Positions 10,311 to 26,623 of a stretch of DNA of 64,000 bases are shown in pieces (the first letter of the stretch is position 1; the number at the start of each line of letters is the position of its first letter). A program made the position numbers and the translations under genes. The notes below the pieces were generated by a model. That model was not told the origin of the DNA. It did not search any database and saw only the letters and a list, made by a program, of their open reading frames with translations. Origin of the DNA: Octopus vulgaris (lineage: Eukaryota); NCBI GenBank assembly GCA_951406725.2, contig OX597819.1, positions 66,898,001-66,962,000 of the forward strand, written 5' to 3'.

Positions 10311-13280
10311 AAAGCAATCAAATAAACAAATCACCAAAACAATTAAAACCATCCACTCTCGCCTCAACATTTTTGCTTAATGCCCAAGGCATCAGCCCTT
10401 CTACCAATACACAAAAATGGAAGATAAAATTCCTGGAGGACTGGGTCGATGCCCATCCAAACCACATCCCTTTCTTTGTCCTCACTGAAACCCATCTTAG
10501 TAACCTTCACTTGGAAGCCGAGGTGAAAGTTAAAAATTTCAAAGCCATTGGTGCTGATCGTGCTGGCAGAAGAAAGGGTGGGACTGCCATTTATGTTCAT
10601 GATTCATTCTCAACAGAAGCTATGAACATATTTTCCAATGGATACTGCGAAGCAGTCGCTGTATTCAGTCAAACCAACAACTTAACAGTAGTTGGGCTCT
10701 ACAGACCACCCCAAACGCCCCTACCATGCTTCAAGGAATGCCTCAACAACATAAAGTGTTTCATTCAGCAGTGTCAACCTGACAACATTTTAATGATGGG
10801 AGACTTCAACCTTCCCGGGGTTGACTGGTCTACAAACAGTCTGCCGCCAGGTTCTTCTCTCTCAACCCCTGACAGGGAGGCAGTGGAATCGCTTCTTGAC
10901 TTCATGGATGATTTCTGCCTGTCCCAACTGGTACTCGAACCAACGAGATGTCATAAAAACGTCTTAGACTTAATTTTCAGCAATCACACTGATACTATCC
11001 ACAATATTGCAGTGGAGAAAACCCTACTCTGTGATCTGAGATTTCACTGGCCAAAAGGCAAAACAAATGTCATCCCTCCTGTTCATCCATTTGACACTAT
11101 GGATTTCCACAATGCAAACTGGGAAGCGATCAATAATGATCTTGCACAAGTCGATTGGTCCTTCACGCACACATACACACCCACTAACATCAAAAATTCC
11201 TGGCAGTCATTTGTAGACACCATTACGAACATATGTGCAAAACACACCCCATTAAGATCTGCAAACAAATCTAAGTGTCGAATCCCTAAAAATAGAAAAT
11301 CTCTCATCAGGAAAATTAAAAGAATTAACAAAAAAATCAACAAGCTGAAATACTGTCAACAGCAACACACCAACCAGACTGCCATCTCGTCGCTAGAGAT
11401 TAAAAAACATAAACTCCAAAACAACATGATGTCTATCATCAATAGTCAGCGAAGAGCTGAAGAGGCCTGGGCCATTGAGAAGATCAAACTCAATCCCAAA
11501 GTGTTCTTTTCATTTGCAAAAAAACACAGAGTCACTGGTTCTACTGTTGGCCCTCTGATTGATGAAAATGGTACTCTTCAAGACAATGCCAAAACCATGG
11601 GAGAGATATTGCAGAAACAATATTGCTCTGTTTTCAGCAATCCTGATATGACTGATCTGGGCTGTATCAGTGATGTTACTCCCCAATACACTTTATCGGA
11701 CATAACCTTTGGTGCTCCTGATGTCTTAGCAGCAATAAAGGAAATGAAGCATAATTCAGCAGTAGGTCCCGATAGGTTCCCTGCTTGTGTCCTGAAGATG
11801 TGTCAAAACCAACTTGCACCCCCTCTAGCCAATCTGTGGCGGAACTCACTGGATGCTGAATATATACCAGAAAACCTTCTATCCCAGACTATTGTCCCAG
11901 TTTTCAAAAAAGGAAACAAATCGCTTGCCGTGAATTACCGTCCAATCTCACTCACCTCTCATATCATTAACTTATTTGAGAGAGTGCTGAGATCGCGTAT
12001 GACTCACTTCCTTGAGAGTCATAATATGCTGAACTCCAACCAGCATCGATTCCGTAATGGGAGAGATTGCCTGATGCAGCTACTATATCATTTTGATGAC
12101 ATTTTGAGAGCCTTGGGAGAAGGTTCCAACACTGATGTCATCTACCTTGATTTCAGTGAGGCCTTTGACAGGGTTGATCATAAGATCCTTCTGAGAAAGC
12201 TGTCCAATATTGGTGTCACTGGAAAGCTGCTTCCTGTCTAACAGAACCCAACATGTTGTAGTCGAAGGAGTCAAATCCAGCCCAGCCAAAGTCAGCAGTG
12301 GTGTCCCACAAGGCACTGTGCTGGGCCCACTCCTCTTCATCATCTACATAAATGATATTACTGACACCATCAAACACAGTAACATCAGAACCTTCGCTGA
12401 TGATTCCAAGCTCCAGAAGGTCATCAATGGCGTGGATGACCGAATAAGCCTTCAGTCAGACCTATTGGCTGTTGTCCAATGGGCGGAAAAGAATAACATG
12501 CTGCTAAACGAAGACAAATTCGAACTGATCCACTTTGGAAGGGAGGACGCTCTGAAACTCCCATACTCTCTTCCTTCTGGAGAAATTCTCATGGCGTCCA
12601 ACAACATCAGAGACTTGGGAGTAACAGTGGACAACAACATAAGCTGGGCTACACATATAAGCAGCAAAGTTGAAATGGCCCGCAGAATGTGCTCCTGGAT
12701 TCTCAGAACCTTCCAGTCGAGAGATTCCCACACTATTATCCTTCTCTTCTCCACTTTTGCCCGACCCCACCTTGAATACTGTTGTCCACTGTGGTCTCCC
12801 TACACAAAACAAAATATTATGAGAATTGAAGCTTCCCAAAGGTCAATCACAAAAAAGATATATAGCATGTCAGACCTTGACTACTGGGGTAGACTAGAGA
12901 AGCTGAAACTGTATTCACTCCAACGACGCCGTGAAAGCTACATTATCTATATGATGTGGAAAATATTCCATCAGCACTGTCCGAATGATGTTGGCATCAC
13001 CTTCAAAATACATCTAAGGCTTGGACCACGTGCCATCCGTCCACAACATAAATCTAAATCGCATCACATAACGACAGTACGGCACAACTATTTCACCTCA
13101 ATCGGACCCGCTCTCTTCAACATTACACCAGGACACATCAAAAAAGAAACTGACCACACAAAATTCAAGAAGTCTTTGGACAAATTCCTTCAAACAGTCC
13201 CGGACAAACCACCCACACCCGGATATGTCTCCGCAAACAATAACACTCTGCTCGAATGGGCCTTGGTGCCCAAATCCTGA
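10301..13280 (+). pseudogene. LINE ORF2: APE endonuclease + reverse transcriptase, frameshifted near 12232
   Basis: LTETHL, YRPP, MGDFN, LDLIF (APE); NYRPISL, YLDFSEAFD, GVPQGTVLGPLLF, FADD, RDLGV, LEYCCPLWSP, SLQRRR (CR1-group RT). The SDH motif is missing and GKLL-[xWIxx]-FLSNR is deleted. Confidence 0.93.
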
Positions 13281-13357
13281 ATTGAAAGACTTCGCCAGGT
13301 GGTGCTATTAAGTTAGACATGGCCTGGGCCAATACTGGCCAAAACCTTTCTATGTTA

Positions 13358-13365
13358 TGCATATA

Positions 13366-13414
<49 letters not shown>

Positions 13415-13646
13415 ATTATGTATGTATGTATTCATTATCTTTATAAAATGCTTTTTTGGGGGAGTGATCCCAAGTGTTTTCCTATCTAGGATAAATCACT
13501 TTTATAGACAATCTCAAAAGAATTATTTTCTGTTGCTGTACAAGCCGGAACTTTTGTGGTAAACCAAATTGAGCACTAGTTGTTTCCACCAACTACATTA
13601 CGGCAGTTGACGAGAAAACTTTTGCATATGGGAATGTGTGTTTGTA

Positions 13647-13685
<39 letters not shown>

Positions 13686-13731
13686 GCATAGATACACGAT
13701 ACACATATGTTTATGCATACATTACTCTCTC

Positions 13732-13764
<33 letters not shown>

Positions 13765-13853
13765 GTTTGTGCGTGTGTGTGTATATATGTATATGTATAT
13801 ATGTATATATAAGTATATATATATATGTAAATATATATTTATGTGTATACACA

Positions 13854-13889
<36 letters not shown>

Positions 13890-13900
13890 TATATATATAA
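13358..13900. repeat. Two TA/TG/CA microsatellite tracts (13358-13430, 13635-13900)
   Basis: Directly visible. Confidence 0.9.
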
Positions 13901-15164
13901 AATGATGTATAAAAAATGTTACAAGCGTTATTGATAGACGAGTCACTCATATTCACTTGGTCTGCTCGAAGCAACAACAATAAATTTTTACGTTATCTTC
14001 TGAAGCATTTTCATTGTCAGTAATATAAAGTCGCTATTCAGAAGACGGTAGAGAAGAAATTACCAGGAAAGACGTCATTAAAAGAAGAAATGTCGAAGTA
14101 AAACAGGAGTGTAGAGAGAGGGAAAAGAAACACAGGAGAAAACCCTAGAAGAGTAAGAAGGTTATTGAGAATAATCATTGATGGGAGATGTCCTAAGATG
14201 GAGAAAGATATTCAATAAACTTACAACAAGGAAATAGAGACATATAAAGGGGAAAAGATAATAAAAAGCAAAAATTGAAAGTGAAATAAGAAAAGGGAAT
14301 GAGGAAACTAGAAGAATAAATAAGAATGGAAATAGTGAAGAAAAAGAATAATTAGAAGTAAGCAACAAATACGAGGAGCAAAAGAATCAGTAACGGTAGC
14401 AGCAGCAACAGCAGTAGAAGCAGTAAAGGAAAAGAAGTAGTAGAAAAGAAGGTGGAGGTGGAGGAGAAGGACGATTACGACGACGACGGCGACGACGACG
14501 CAGATGAGGAGAGAAGGGAACAGGAACAGTAACATAAAGCTGAAAATAAAGTGACAAGGTACTAGAAAAATCAGAGGTAAAAAAAATGAAGGACAAAAGG
14601 CGTAACAGAAACATCATAAGCTGACGTTTTTTAAGAGAAGAAAAATAAAATAAAACAATATTAGAATAAGGAATATCGTAAAAGTTATTTCAAAAAACAA
14701 AAAAAAGTTGAAAATAAAAGTGCAGAATAAAACGCAAGAGAAATATTAGATGCCATGAAAATGGAGGAGCAAGAGAGGTAATATAGAGAAGTATATGAAA
14801 TCTTTGAATAGAAATATACACTAGATTGAAAACATTCGTGACAAGAAGAAGAATAGGGAAGTATGAAAACCTCATACGAAATCTAGGGCAGCTTTAATAA
14901 TTGTGGTTAAAGGAAAAGCCACTCCAGTGTAATACTCTCGAAAAAGTTCCTGAAATTGTCACAATCTTAAGAAATTTATTAATTCTACGTCTTTTGTCTT
15001 TTTTGCTACTCCACGAAGTGGGTATGATGCAAATAGAAGAGAAAAAAAATGGAATAAAAACAACAACGTTATTGGAAGTGTGTTAGAAACATGTATAATA
15101 GCGTTTGAATATATAATACAGAGTTTTATTTTTACTAATATAACACTGCTACAACTAACAACAG

Positions 15165-15670
<506 letters not shown>

Positions 15671-16813
15671 TATCAACTGGGTAGTAAGCTGCTAACGTAT
15701 ATTTCAATGCTCCTGTTATTGGCTGTCATATATTATCATACGGCAGGAATACTCCTTTTGCTGCATACAGAAAGGGAAATCCGTTAGAGGATGCAGGAAT
15801 CATATAAAAACATACTTATGGAATTACGAAACTTTTAATCACAACCTACAACACTTGTTTCTGTGCATTAGTTATAGCTATTTGTTGCTGAGTTTTTCAT
15901 ATTATACATTTTATAAATAAATGTTATGAAAAGGTGATGCAACAGTAAGTGTGCACTCGTACATCTTGAAGTGGTTTCCCGTGATTACAACTGCTGCTCC
16001 TAGATTACTTTTCTTTCTAATCTATACGTGTTTCTCTCTCGTGTTGCTAAACATTCAGTGGTGTTAATTGGTAAATTAAATCCGTACGTCAACTTCAGAA
16101 GACATACGTATAATATAACAACGTATGTTTCGAATAATTATGAATATGTTCACTCTGAATCATTTTTCTTGTGTATGGCCTTTTAATTTGGTGAGGATTC
16201 AGAGTCATCCTCCAGAGAATTTACTGATCCATTTTGCCAATATTGTATTTCCATGATATTCAACAGCTAATATAGTGTTCTTGCAAAATTTTTCAAGGTA
16301 AAATACATAATGTTTGTGAATTGTTATTTTCACTTGAGGAAGCCTTGTTTCATTAAAATGAAATTGGGAATATTCTCAGTACATGCTGCACACGGCAACA
16401 TTTGGCTGCTCTTTGTAGATTATTGTATTCAGTTTTGTGTTGGTAACTAACATCTTCATCTTTCGGGTGATTTCAATTTACCTTTTTATTCTATTTTTAG
16501 TGATTCAATTTTTACCGAATTTTTTCATATTCAGCTCTTGAAAATATAATCGTGTAATTTAAGTATTATGTGTACAGTGTTCTAGATTCTTTTGATTAAA
16601 AATTGTAATATAACACTTATCATATTTCTCTTACGTATTTTAGGTATTGCAATACGGCCATTCTGGAGCAACAGTTATAAAGGTTATAGACGAACAAAAT
16701 CGAATGCAGTACTTATCTTTAAAAACCTGACACTTATTTATGTCGCTCGTTTGTGGGATCATAAATTCACAGAGATGCATAATAAAATAACAACAGCTAT
16801 TAATCGTTAATTT

Positions 16814-16990
16814 TGGCTGTGTTGTAAGAAGCTTGGTTCCCTACCACATGGTTTCGCCTCAAGTCCCCTTGCGTGGTGCGTTAGGCGTGTGTCTTCTACT
16901 ATAGCCTCGGCCTGACCAAAGTTTTGTAAGAAGATTTAGTAAATGGAAATTGAAAGAAGCCTGACGTATATATGTGTGTGTGCCTGTGTG
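16814..16990 (+). mobile_element. SINE family B, 5' half running into a long microsatellite
   Basis: TGGCTGTGTTGTAAG..GTGTCTTCTACTATAGCCTCGG..GAAAGAAGCCTGACGTATA. Confidence 0.8.
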
Positions 16991-17097
16991 TGCTCCTACG
17001 TGTGTGTGTGTGTGTGTGGTGTGTGTTTGTATACACACACAGACGCACACAAACATATATACACATATACACATACATACCTATAATGTTATGTGTG

Positions 17098-17128
<31 letters not shown>

Positions 17129-17144
17129 GTATGGATAAATTCAG

Positions 17145-17179
<35 letters not shown>

Positions 17180-17392
17180 CATGTATATGCCTGTATGTAT
17201 ATATGCGTGTGTGTATCTATCTACTATTCGTATCTATCTATTTATCTATCTTCACCACTTTCTCGCGCGTGCTCTCTCTCTCCCTCCCTCTTTATCTCTC
17301 TCCATATATAAACATGCATGTATGTATGAATATATATGTATGTATATATATACATATGCATATACATATATACACACACATACACACACACA

Positions 17393-17449
<57 letters not shown>

Positions 17450-17959
17450 GCATGCATACATACATATTCATACATGCATAATCTCGCTTCTTTGAAAATT
17501 CAAGCGTATGGTAAGCTTTCCATTTTCTTTTAAATACTTTTGAGCTAGTTACAAATTCAACAAAGTACCACACTTTCCAAGAAAAAAATATATGGATATA
17601 ACAACATTCAACATCCAAGTCAGAAATTTATAGAAGAACGTCCGTCAGAAACCCAACAGAAATTCATTACCTTGCACTCAAATGTCAAGCAAAGATACAT
17701 GAAGAATGACGAATTTGGCTTCCATTTATGAATATCTGCAAGGCAAAAGGTATACCTCTCCAAAACCATTCAGTTTTTGATGTTTTTCTCCTTTACCAAA
17801 AGATTAATTTCAAAAAGGGATTTTCAAATACGCCTTACGTACATGGCTCTTGAAGTGAGTTAGAAAAAGGGATTTATGAATGATTTTATCTTTAAAAAGA
17901 GAGAAAAAATTTTCATCTTATATGCTACGTAGTAGCATATGCAAAATACTGCATTATTA

Positions 17960-18190
<231 letters not shown>

Positions 18191-18759
18191 AAACACAAAT
18201 ACAGTGGATACCCCACACACACACACATACACACACGGACAAACAGATACGAACGGACGGATGGAAAGAGAGATTAGACAAGCGACATCGAAAGGATATA
18301 TATTTTTCCAGGTCTCACACTTGATTACAAATGCTGAGGGTCCGCTATCCTAATAGAAGAAAGCATTTTTGGCGTTCTTAACAATGCCAGCAACAATTGT
18401 TCATTAAAAATTATGAGGAAAACGAAGAAAGTTACCAAAAAATTTGGTTAGTTTTGCTGACTTTTGCGGTATTTTCCATTTTCGAATGCAATGTTCTTTT
18501 AAAAGACAGCATAAGACACCATTTGAAAGGTGGGCAGAAATGACGTCAGATATCTTAGAAGAATATTCTAATTGAATGCATCACGATAAAGATGATTTGG
18601 CACAAATCGCTGTACTGTGGACGCCATATTCTTACCTGTTTCCTTCCTGTGCATATAGTGTGCAAGAGCGAGAGAGTGAACAACTATGCACATTCATATT
18701 ACTTACAGGTAAATAGCTTTAATATGCATAAATACATGGATTGATAAATATGTACGCAT

Positions 18760-18809
18760 ATGTATATTTATAAATAGATATGTGTATTTATGCATAGATA
18801 TATCTTTCG

Positions 18810-18841
<32 letters not shown>

Positions 18842-18849
18842 GTAATACG

Positions 18850-18881
<32 letters not shown>

Positions 18882-19049
18882 TGTATTACATATATATATA
18901 TATACATATATATATATATTTATATATATATATGTATATATATATAATACATACATATATATATATATATGTATTATATATGTATACATATATATATAAA
19001 TATATATATATATACATATACATATATACGAATATATATGTATATATAA

Positions 19050-19118
<69 letters not shown>

Positions 19119-19155
19119 CGCGTGTGTGTGTGTGTGTGTGTGTATGTATATACGC
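18760..19155. repeat. Long interrupted (TA)n microsatellite
   Basis: Directly visible. Confidence 0.95.
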
Positions 19156-20186
19156 ATGATTGGATGGATGAATGGGAATTTTATTTATGATTTTATTTCA
19201 GTAATAGAAGGATCCCTAGCGATGTTAATTTACGAAGTGGGCGGTTGTTTGATGTTAACTTTGAGAACGTCCTCCACTTCCGAACCTAAAATTGCGTCAT
19301 GTAAATGATATTCTTTCATTGTTATTAATAAATAGCGCCCATATTATTCTATGTATGTATAATGTGTGCACATAAATATATACATATATATGTGTATATA
19401 CTCGTATATTTATAAATATATTTATATACACGTTTAAATGCATCTGTGTGTGCGTTTAAGTATCATTCGATGTATATTAATCATTATTTATCTCAGTTTA
19501 AATTACACGGGACACATTTTAAAACGAAAGAGATTTCAATTTAGATACCCGAATATTTCCAGAGCGGAGTAAAATATTCCATAAATAAATTTATATCAAA
19601 TTAGATATTATATAAGCTCCAGCAAATCTTTTGTATTTTACATCAATCAATAATAGAAGTACAGATTAAAACAGATTTAATACAATAAAAAAAAAGTATT
19701 ATATACACCATTATGTAGTTGAAGCTTATACAACTATAAAATGTACACTTCCTGTGGAAAATTTCTTCAATGTTGAGAATTGGATCTGGTGCTATGTAAA
19801 GGTTCATGAATTTCTGGAATAGGATACGTCCTTGGAAACTTTAAACTGACAGTATCATTTTAGTCTAAATACATTTTAAATATCGATTTATCCACAGCTT
19901 TTGCAGATTGGATAGGCAGGCAGCTAACCATAAATAAATTATGCATCAGATAATAAGCAATAAATACACACCAATAAATTTACGTCCATACACCATCCAA
20001 CTAAAATATCAATGAGAGACAACAATATGATAATTTCCATTCTGACTTCCAACACACATACAGTATTATATAAAGGACAAATACCAGATCACAACTCTGA
20101 CTGCTATGAAGGTCACTTACAGTGCGCTTCCGCATATCACTTTCTCACCTAAACTAACGTAGTGAGTTTGTGAATTATCAATATAC

Positions 20187-20273
<87 letters not shown>

Positions 20274-20388
20274 TTGCTTCAAGAGCTGTATTTGGTACGA
20301 TTCGTTTATTTTTGGTAGTAATGACTTTGAAAGTCCCTCCTAGCGTGTGGCATTTATGTGTAATAATGCCCTCTATATAATGTATATG

Positions 20389-20422
<34 letters not shown>

Positions 20423-20426
20423 TTTG

Positions 20427-20690
20427 TTCTTTTACTTGTTTCAGTCATTTTACTGCGGCCATGCTAGAGCATCGCCATTAGTTGACACCGGGACTTATTC
20501 TTTGTAAGCCTAGTACTTACGTACTTATTCTATCGGCACTTGTTGCCGAACCGCTAAGTTACGGGGACGCAAACGCACCCGCATCGGTTGTCAAGCGTTG
20601 TTGGGTGGGGAGAAACACAGACACACAAAATTCACACACACACACACATATACGACGGGCTTCTTTGAGTTTCCGTCGACCAAACTTATC
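20427..20690 (-). mobile_element. SINE family B, 3' part
   Basis: TTTTACTTGTTTCAGTCATTT..GCGGCCATGCT..CCGCTAAGTTACGGGGACG..ACGACGGGCTTCTTT is the reverse complement of family B. Confidence 0.85.
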
Positions 20691-21540
20691 ACACAGCCAC
20701 TCCTGCGCCTATTCAAATTTAAAATTAAACTTAAAGTTTTGATAGAAGACATTAAAAGTCAGTATCGAAACCTTGATTCTAGTAAGTCCCAGGCAGTGTT
20801 CCTGCAGAGCAAGTTTCCCATTTATGGCTACCAGACGTCATCCACGGTACTGCGCTCTCGTCGCTGGATCAACGTAAGAGGTTCTTAGGTGCACATTGAG
20901 TATATACTAAATTATTGAAACGGAAGAGGGAGTGTAACAATAAGCTTTATTCAGCACAACAATCATTACGGCAGCCTTCTGCACTGCTCCCATGTGGGTG
21001 GGGAACGATGTAATGACATAAGACGCAGCTCGCAGTGTAAGGAGCTTCATCAGGTGCCATAATAGGCTTCAGAATTTATGGGATTTACATTTTGCTCCAA
21101 ACTAGATGTTAGTGTTAGGGTGTGTTGCTAATATTTCACACACGTTGGTGAAGCAAGAATACTTGGTTTCTGTAGACAGAAAGCTGTTGATAAAATACAT
21201 GCAGAGAATAAAATGTAAAAGGAGAGAGGTGTTAATTGGCATGGGATTGAATGACCCATAAACGTGTGGTGAATTTGACGGCTGGCTATGGCAGGCAAGT
21301 GTGACAGCGAGGTCAAGAATTTGGTGGGGATGTGATTTCCGTCTTTAGATTTAATGGGTGATTATTATCCTATGATCCATATCAATATCGGAACCTTCAT
21401 TGTTCCACACCTACGCCTATGTCGACACATACTAGTACTCACTCACATACATACGCACACATTTGTACGCACTCAGGCCTTTCGGTGTAAGTACAAAGAC
21501 GCATCCATCAATTTATAGATATACACCAACATACGCACAC

Positions 21541-21626
<86 letters not shown>

Positions 21627-21909
21627 GTATATGTATATATATATGAATGAATGAGTCTAGGACATTTACCCCCATGGATAATAAACCCCTGAGGACAACA
21701 GATGATGATTTTGAACTTCTTAGTATATTGAAGAGCGGGAGGGGAGAGACAGTCCGCGGATAATAATTGTTCTGATATGATATGTATGTATTTATGAAAA
21801 TATGTATGCATGAATGCATGTGTATATGTATGTATGTATGTATGCATGCATGTATGTATGTATTGTTTTGTCTAGGGAGAATCAAAATGCCAATATAATT
21901 AAAACACAA

Positions 21910-22127
21910 AGCGGCGAACTGGCAGAAGCGTTAGCACGTCGGGCGAAATGCTTAGCGGTATTTCGTCTGTCTTTACGTTTTGAGATCAAATTCCACCGAA
22001 GTCGACTTTGCCTGTCACCCTTCCAGGATCGATAAATTAAGAACCAGTTACGTATTGGGGGTTGATCTAATCGACTGGCCTTCCTCCCCAAAATATTTTG
22101 GGCCTTGTGCCTAGAGTAGAAAAGAAT
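21910..22127 (+). mobile_element. SINE family A, full length, tail type 1
   Basis: GCGGCGAACTGGCAGAAGCGTTAGCACG..GATAAATTAAGAACCAG..GGCCTTGTGCCTAGAGTAGAAAAGAAT. Confidence 0.9.
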
Positions 22128-22689
22128 ATAATTAACACAAACTCTGTTTCAATTCCAAACACTTATCAAGTATCCATTTTTTTCGTCAAAGCTCTTCCGT
22201 TTCATTTTTGCAACCTTCTCAATGGCTTCCAACTCTGTCCATTATAGAGGGCGAGTTTGTTTGTCTGTTTATGAACCTGCTACGAGTGGGTGTGTGCGTG
22301 TCAGGTTTTTGGCAATTGGCTATGTAAGTATGTGTATGCACGCATGAAAGTATGCATGTATCAACGCGTGTGTGTATGTATGTATGTGTGAATGCATGTA
22401 TGTATGTAAATGAATGTCGCCTTTAAATCTTTGTATTCGGCGGTATATAAATTGAGCATGTTTACCGATTTTTTCCGAGATTTATGATAACTGTTTTATA
22501 AGAAACAATTGAATTTTGTGTCTACAACTGAATGTTTTCATGTTTTTCACCTCATTAGGAGGGTTTGTTCCGAAACTTAGCGACTAAAACAATTGAGAAA
22601 TATAAGGATATAGCGAGAGATTTGAAGAGATGGTAGAACACTCAAACAATAAGCATTTAAACAATAAAAATAATTACAATAACAAGAGT

Positions 22690-23320
22690 ACAATATAAGT
22701 CATGACAAGACAGTATTGGCCAATATTTACAGTGATTATTACGTTGACGTTACAGAATTAAGATTTTTGACAACTGGTGTAAGCGCCACCCCGAGGCTGG
22801 AACTTAAGTAGAAAATGTAACAAATATTTGGGACTTTCCAGTACATGCAGATTGAACGCTCAAAGCAAACTCTGGGATATTTCTTTAAAAGTGCAAAATA
22901 ATGAAGTTTGTTTATTGATTGACATAAGTATACCTTCTGATGATAATATCTCGGTGAAAAAATTTAACAAGTTCAGAAAATGTAAAGATTTGCTCAATGA
23001 AATCGAGCATGTAACATTTCCAAGCAGTTACAATATGAGTGATTGTAGAAGCGCTTGGAATAATCAAAGAAGGAAATTATTTGAGAATGCCCCGTGGTTT
23101 ACCAGCCATTCAAGACGTAAAAGTGTTTTAATTGGTACGCCATACGTATTGAGAAGAGCATTGTCGCTATGAAAACGATTACCAGACACATAAGTATGTT
23201 TTTTTTACATAACGTCATTTAGTGTGTTTATTTATAATTGTATATCAATGTATACAGCGAACTTTCTTGCCTTATGTGTCGGGAAGACATTCGGCAAGAA
23301 ATAGAAACAACACTGAAAAG
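22690..23320 (+). mobile_element. Decayed R4/Dong-type 3' fragment (RLE domain + 3'UTR)
   Basis: Peptides IWDFPVH, CLLIDISIPSDDNISVK..KCKDL and VLIGTPYVLRRALS parallel the RLE of the 23593 element. Confidence 0.75.
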
Positions 23321-23351
23321 AGAAGAAATGCTACTGTTACTAATAATGGTG

Positions 23352-23530
23352 TCAAATGCTGCCACAAGGGCAGGAATTAAATTGACACCAGTGTTCAACT
23401 GGTACTTACTTTCACCCTGAAATGGTGAAAGGCATATTCGACATCGGCAGAATTTGAACTAGGACTGTAAAAACGGACGGAATGCCGCTAAGCATCTTGT
23501 TCGGCGTGCTAACGATTGTGCCAGCTTATT
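23352..23530 (-). mobile_element. SINE family A
   Basis: CTGGTACTTA..GGCAGAATTTGAACT..CCGCTAAGCAT..GGCGTGCTAACGATTGTGCCAGC. Confidence 0.8.
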
Positions 23531-23533
23531 GCC

Positions 23534-23592
<59 letters not shown>

Positions 23593-23595
<3 letters not shown>

Positions 23596-25755
23596 CTGCC
23601 TCCCTACTATGTTCAAGGCATTTACTGCAGTGATATCACAAAGGCTGAACAAGCACCTGGACGAAAACAAACTGTTCCCAGAAGAGCAGAAAGGATGCCG
23701 CAAAGGCTCATATGGCTGTAAAGATCAACTAATGATTAATAAAGCCATAACTGAAGACAGCCACAGAAAGAAGAAAGGCCTCAGTATGGCCTGGATTGAC
23801 TACAAAAAGGCGTTTGATAGCATCCCCCACACATGGATCCTCGAAACACTAGCCATTAACAAAGTAGCACCAACAATCATAAAATTCATAGAGCACTCTA
23901 TGAATAAATGGCAAACAGTCCTACACCTCCAAACAAAAGAGGGACTCATGAAAACCAAAGACATCCCCATTAGAAGAGGAATATTCCAGGGAGACACGCT
24001 CTCTCCACTCCTTTTCTGCTTGGCACTGTCACCTCTATCTGATATGCTAAATAGAACTGGATGCGGATATAAATGTTACGGCAAAACGATCAGCCACCTT
24101 TTATATATGGATGACCTAAAACTATACGCTGCAAATGACAAACAGCTGGAAACACTATTAAAGACAGTTCATGGATTTACCAAAGAAATAGATATGAAAT
24201 TTGGATTAGAAAAATGCGCCAAAGTAACCATGAAAAGAGGAAAACTAGTTAAGAGTAACAACATCACACTAGATAAAACCAATGAAATATAAGAATTAGA
24301 CCAAAGCCAAACTTACAAATACTTAGGAATCCATGAACTAGATAATACACAACACACACAAATGAAAGAGAAAATAAAAAAAGAATATTATAGACGAGTT
24401 AGATCAATACTAAACACAGAGCTCAATGCTAAAAACAAGATAATAGGTATCAACACTTTAGCTGTCCCAGTTATAAGTTACAGCTACAATATCCTTAACT
24501 GGACACGAAATGAACTGACCAAAATAGATAGGAAAACAAGAAAAATAATGACAGGATCTAGGATGCATCACCCAAAATCTGACATAGAAAGACTATATAT
24601 ACAACGTATAGAAGGTGGTAGAAGCCTTATACAGCTGGTAAACTACTATAAAATAACCACCATAGGACTGCAAAAATATCTACTTCAGAAGGAAGGAAAA
24701 CTGATCCAGATAGCGGCAAAACACGAGCAAAACAAAAAACTGTTCTCAGTATTTAAGGAAGCTGACAAATACAAACAAGAAATCATACCACCTAATAAAC
24801 ATGAAGAAGAAGAAGAAGATGAAGAAACAACAAAAGCTATAAAACAAATGAAATCCAAACTAAAAATAGAACAGCAAAGAACCATGATAAAACGATGGCA
24901 AGAAAAGCCCCTTCATTGTAAATACTGGACTAAACTAAACGCAAAAGAAATAGACAAAAAAACTCCCAGCAATGGTTGAGAAGGTCAGGACTCAAAGCAG
25001 AAACAGAGGGATTTTTAATTGCAGCACAAGACCAAAGCCTCCCCACCAGAAATTACCAAAAACATGTAATGAAAAGAAATATTACAAGTAACTGCAGAAT
25101 ATGTGGAGATGGACAAGAAACAATAAATCATATTATCTCTAGCTGCCCAGTCTTGGCTAAGAAGGAATATATTCACAGACATGACAGAGTTGGAACCTAC
25201 ATACATTGGAAGCTATGCCAACATTATGGAATAACAACAGAAAAAAGATGGTATAGGCACACACCAGAAAAGGTCACAGAAAACGAGAAAGCAACCATAC
25301 TCTGGGATATGCCGATACACACAGATAGAGAAATTAAGGCCAACAGACCAGATATAGTTGTCAGAGATCATGAAGAAAAAAATGCTTTCTAATTGATGTA
25401 TCAATACCGGCTGATGACAACGTGTCTCTAAAAGAAATGGAGAAACTCTCAAAATACAAAGACCTGGAAATAGAGGTAACTAGAATGTGGAATCTGAAAA
25501 CAGAAACAATTTCTATCATAGTAGGTGCATTAGGCATGATAAAAAAATATTCAGACAAATACATAACAAAAACACCAGGACTTACAAACACATATGACAT
25601 ACAGAAAATTGCACTACTAGGCACTGCACACATCCTACGCAGAACACTTTCCATACAATAACCATCAGAGCATCACAACAAATCACAGCACATACCCAAG
25701 GCACACAGAGCTGTGCTCGGTAGTGAAGTGAAAGCACGCTATAAAAATAAAACTA

Positions 25756-25758
<3 letters not shown>
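23593..25758 (+). mobile_element. 5'-truncated R4/Dong-clade non-LTR retrotransposon (RT, CCHC finger, restriction-like endonuclease) inserted in (TAA)n
   Basis: EEQKGC, WIDYKKAFDS, RGIFQGDTLSPLLF, HLLYMDDLKLY (RT); CRICGDGQETINHIISSC; RHD, RPD, KYKDL (RLE). In-frame stop at 24290 and frameshifts near 24960 and 25380; perfect TAA runs on both flanks. Confidence 0.92.

Positions 25759-26623
<865 letters not shown>

Larger units (their letters stand above)
8891..13351 (+). mobile_element. Near full-length CR1-group (CR1/L2/Crack-like) LINE, inactivated, flanked by TA microsatellite
   Basis: About 300-nt 5'UTR, ORF1, ORF2 (APE + RT), and a short 3'UTR with hairpin GGCCA-ATAC-TGGCC (13327-13340); TA-rich tracts on both sides. 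Confidence 0.9.

Noticed and set aside
14030-14700. Purine-rich stretch with hydrophobic minus-strand ORFs
   Set aside because: Low-complexity A/G-rich DNA with no domain signal.
20700-21420. Higher-GC island, possibly an LTR or PLE remnant or an exon
   Set aside because: No recognisable motif in any frame.
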